Positions 63,886-64,000 of a DNA stretch of 64,000 bases are shown here, in pieces (position 1 is the first letter of the stretch; each line of letters begins with the position of its first letter). A program made the position numbers and the translations under genes. The DNA is from Clostridiales bacterium (GTDB taxonomy: Bacteria > Bacillota > Clostridia > Saccharofermentanales > Saccharofermentanaceae), in assembly GCA_017513085.1 (NCBI GenBank), contig JAFWDK010000003.1:32001-96000 (forward strand). The letters are read 5' to 3'. The notes under the pieces are model-generated. The model was not told the origin of the DNA. It made no database searches and saw nothing but the letters and a program-made list of their open reading frames with translations.

Positions 63886-64000
63886 ATGTTAAAAAACGAA
63901 ATACACGCATTACAATCAGATCTATTTCGAGGATTCAACCCGGACGAAATCGATAGCATCCTGTCTCGGACCTGCTCATGCAGGAGAAAATTTACGAAGA
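63886..64000 (+). CDS. Probable Crp/Fnr family regulator, N-terminal fragment
   Basis: Open to the window end: MLKNEIHALQSDLFRGFNPDEIDSILSRTCSCRRKFTK resembles the start of a cNMP-binding domain. Only 38 codons are visible. Confidence 0.5.
   Translation, partial: MLKNEIHALQSDLFRGFNPDEIDSILSRTCSCRRKFTK

Overview
Chromosomal window from an anaerobic Firmicute (Clostridia-like gene content; taxonomy inferred). No rRNA, tRNA, CRISPR array, integrase or transposase was seen. (1) 1-12.2 kb is a nitrogen-assimilation cluster: partial gltB, dapL, dapF, an ANTAR antiterminator, type III glutamine synthetase, an Amt-PII fusion, asnB and pyrG. Five of its leaders carry ANTAR-type hexaloop hairpins, and a non-coding 15 x 53-bp tandem array lies upstream of gltB. 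(2) 12.3-19.5 kb holds an Fe-S flavoprotein, ZIP, GNAT and a MoxR/DUF58/transglutaminase operon. (3) 19.6-64 kb is an almost entirely minus-strand metal-acquisition island: an MptD-type ECF module, three YbtPQ/IrtAB-like ABC pairs with AraC/TetR regulators, feoAB, a ZnuABC-like system, two FtsX-type ABC systems, and an 8-gene operon joining a nitrogenase-like (NifH/D/K-like) reductase to a FecCD-type importer and a cytoplasmic SBP/GTPase/ATPase trio. The island is tied together by 13 intergenic copies of the palindrome GTTAGC-N4-GCTAAC. The same palindrome also precedes gpmA (via feo), xylA, eno and an orphan promoter that may drive an sRNA. All product calls come from motif recognition by eye, not database searches. 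Several start codons were moved from the ORF track to the codon with an RBS.
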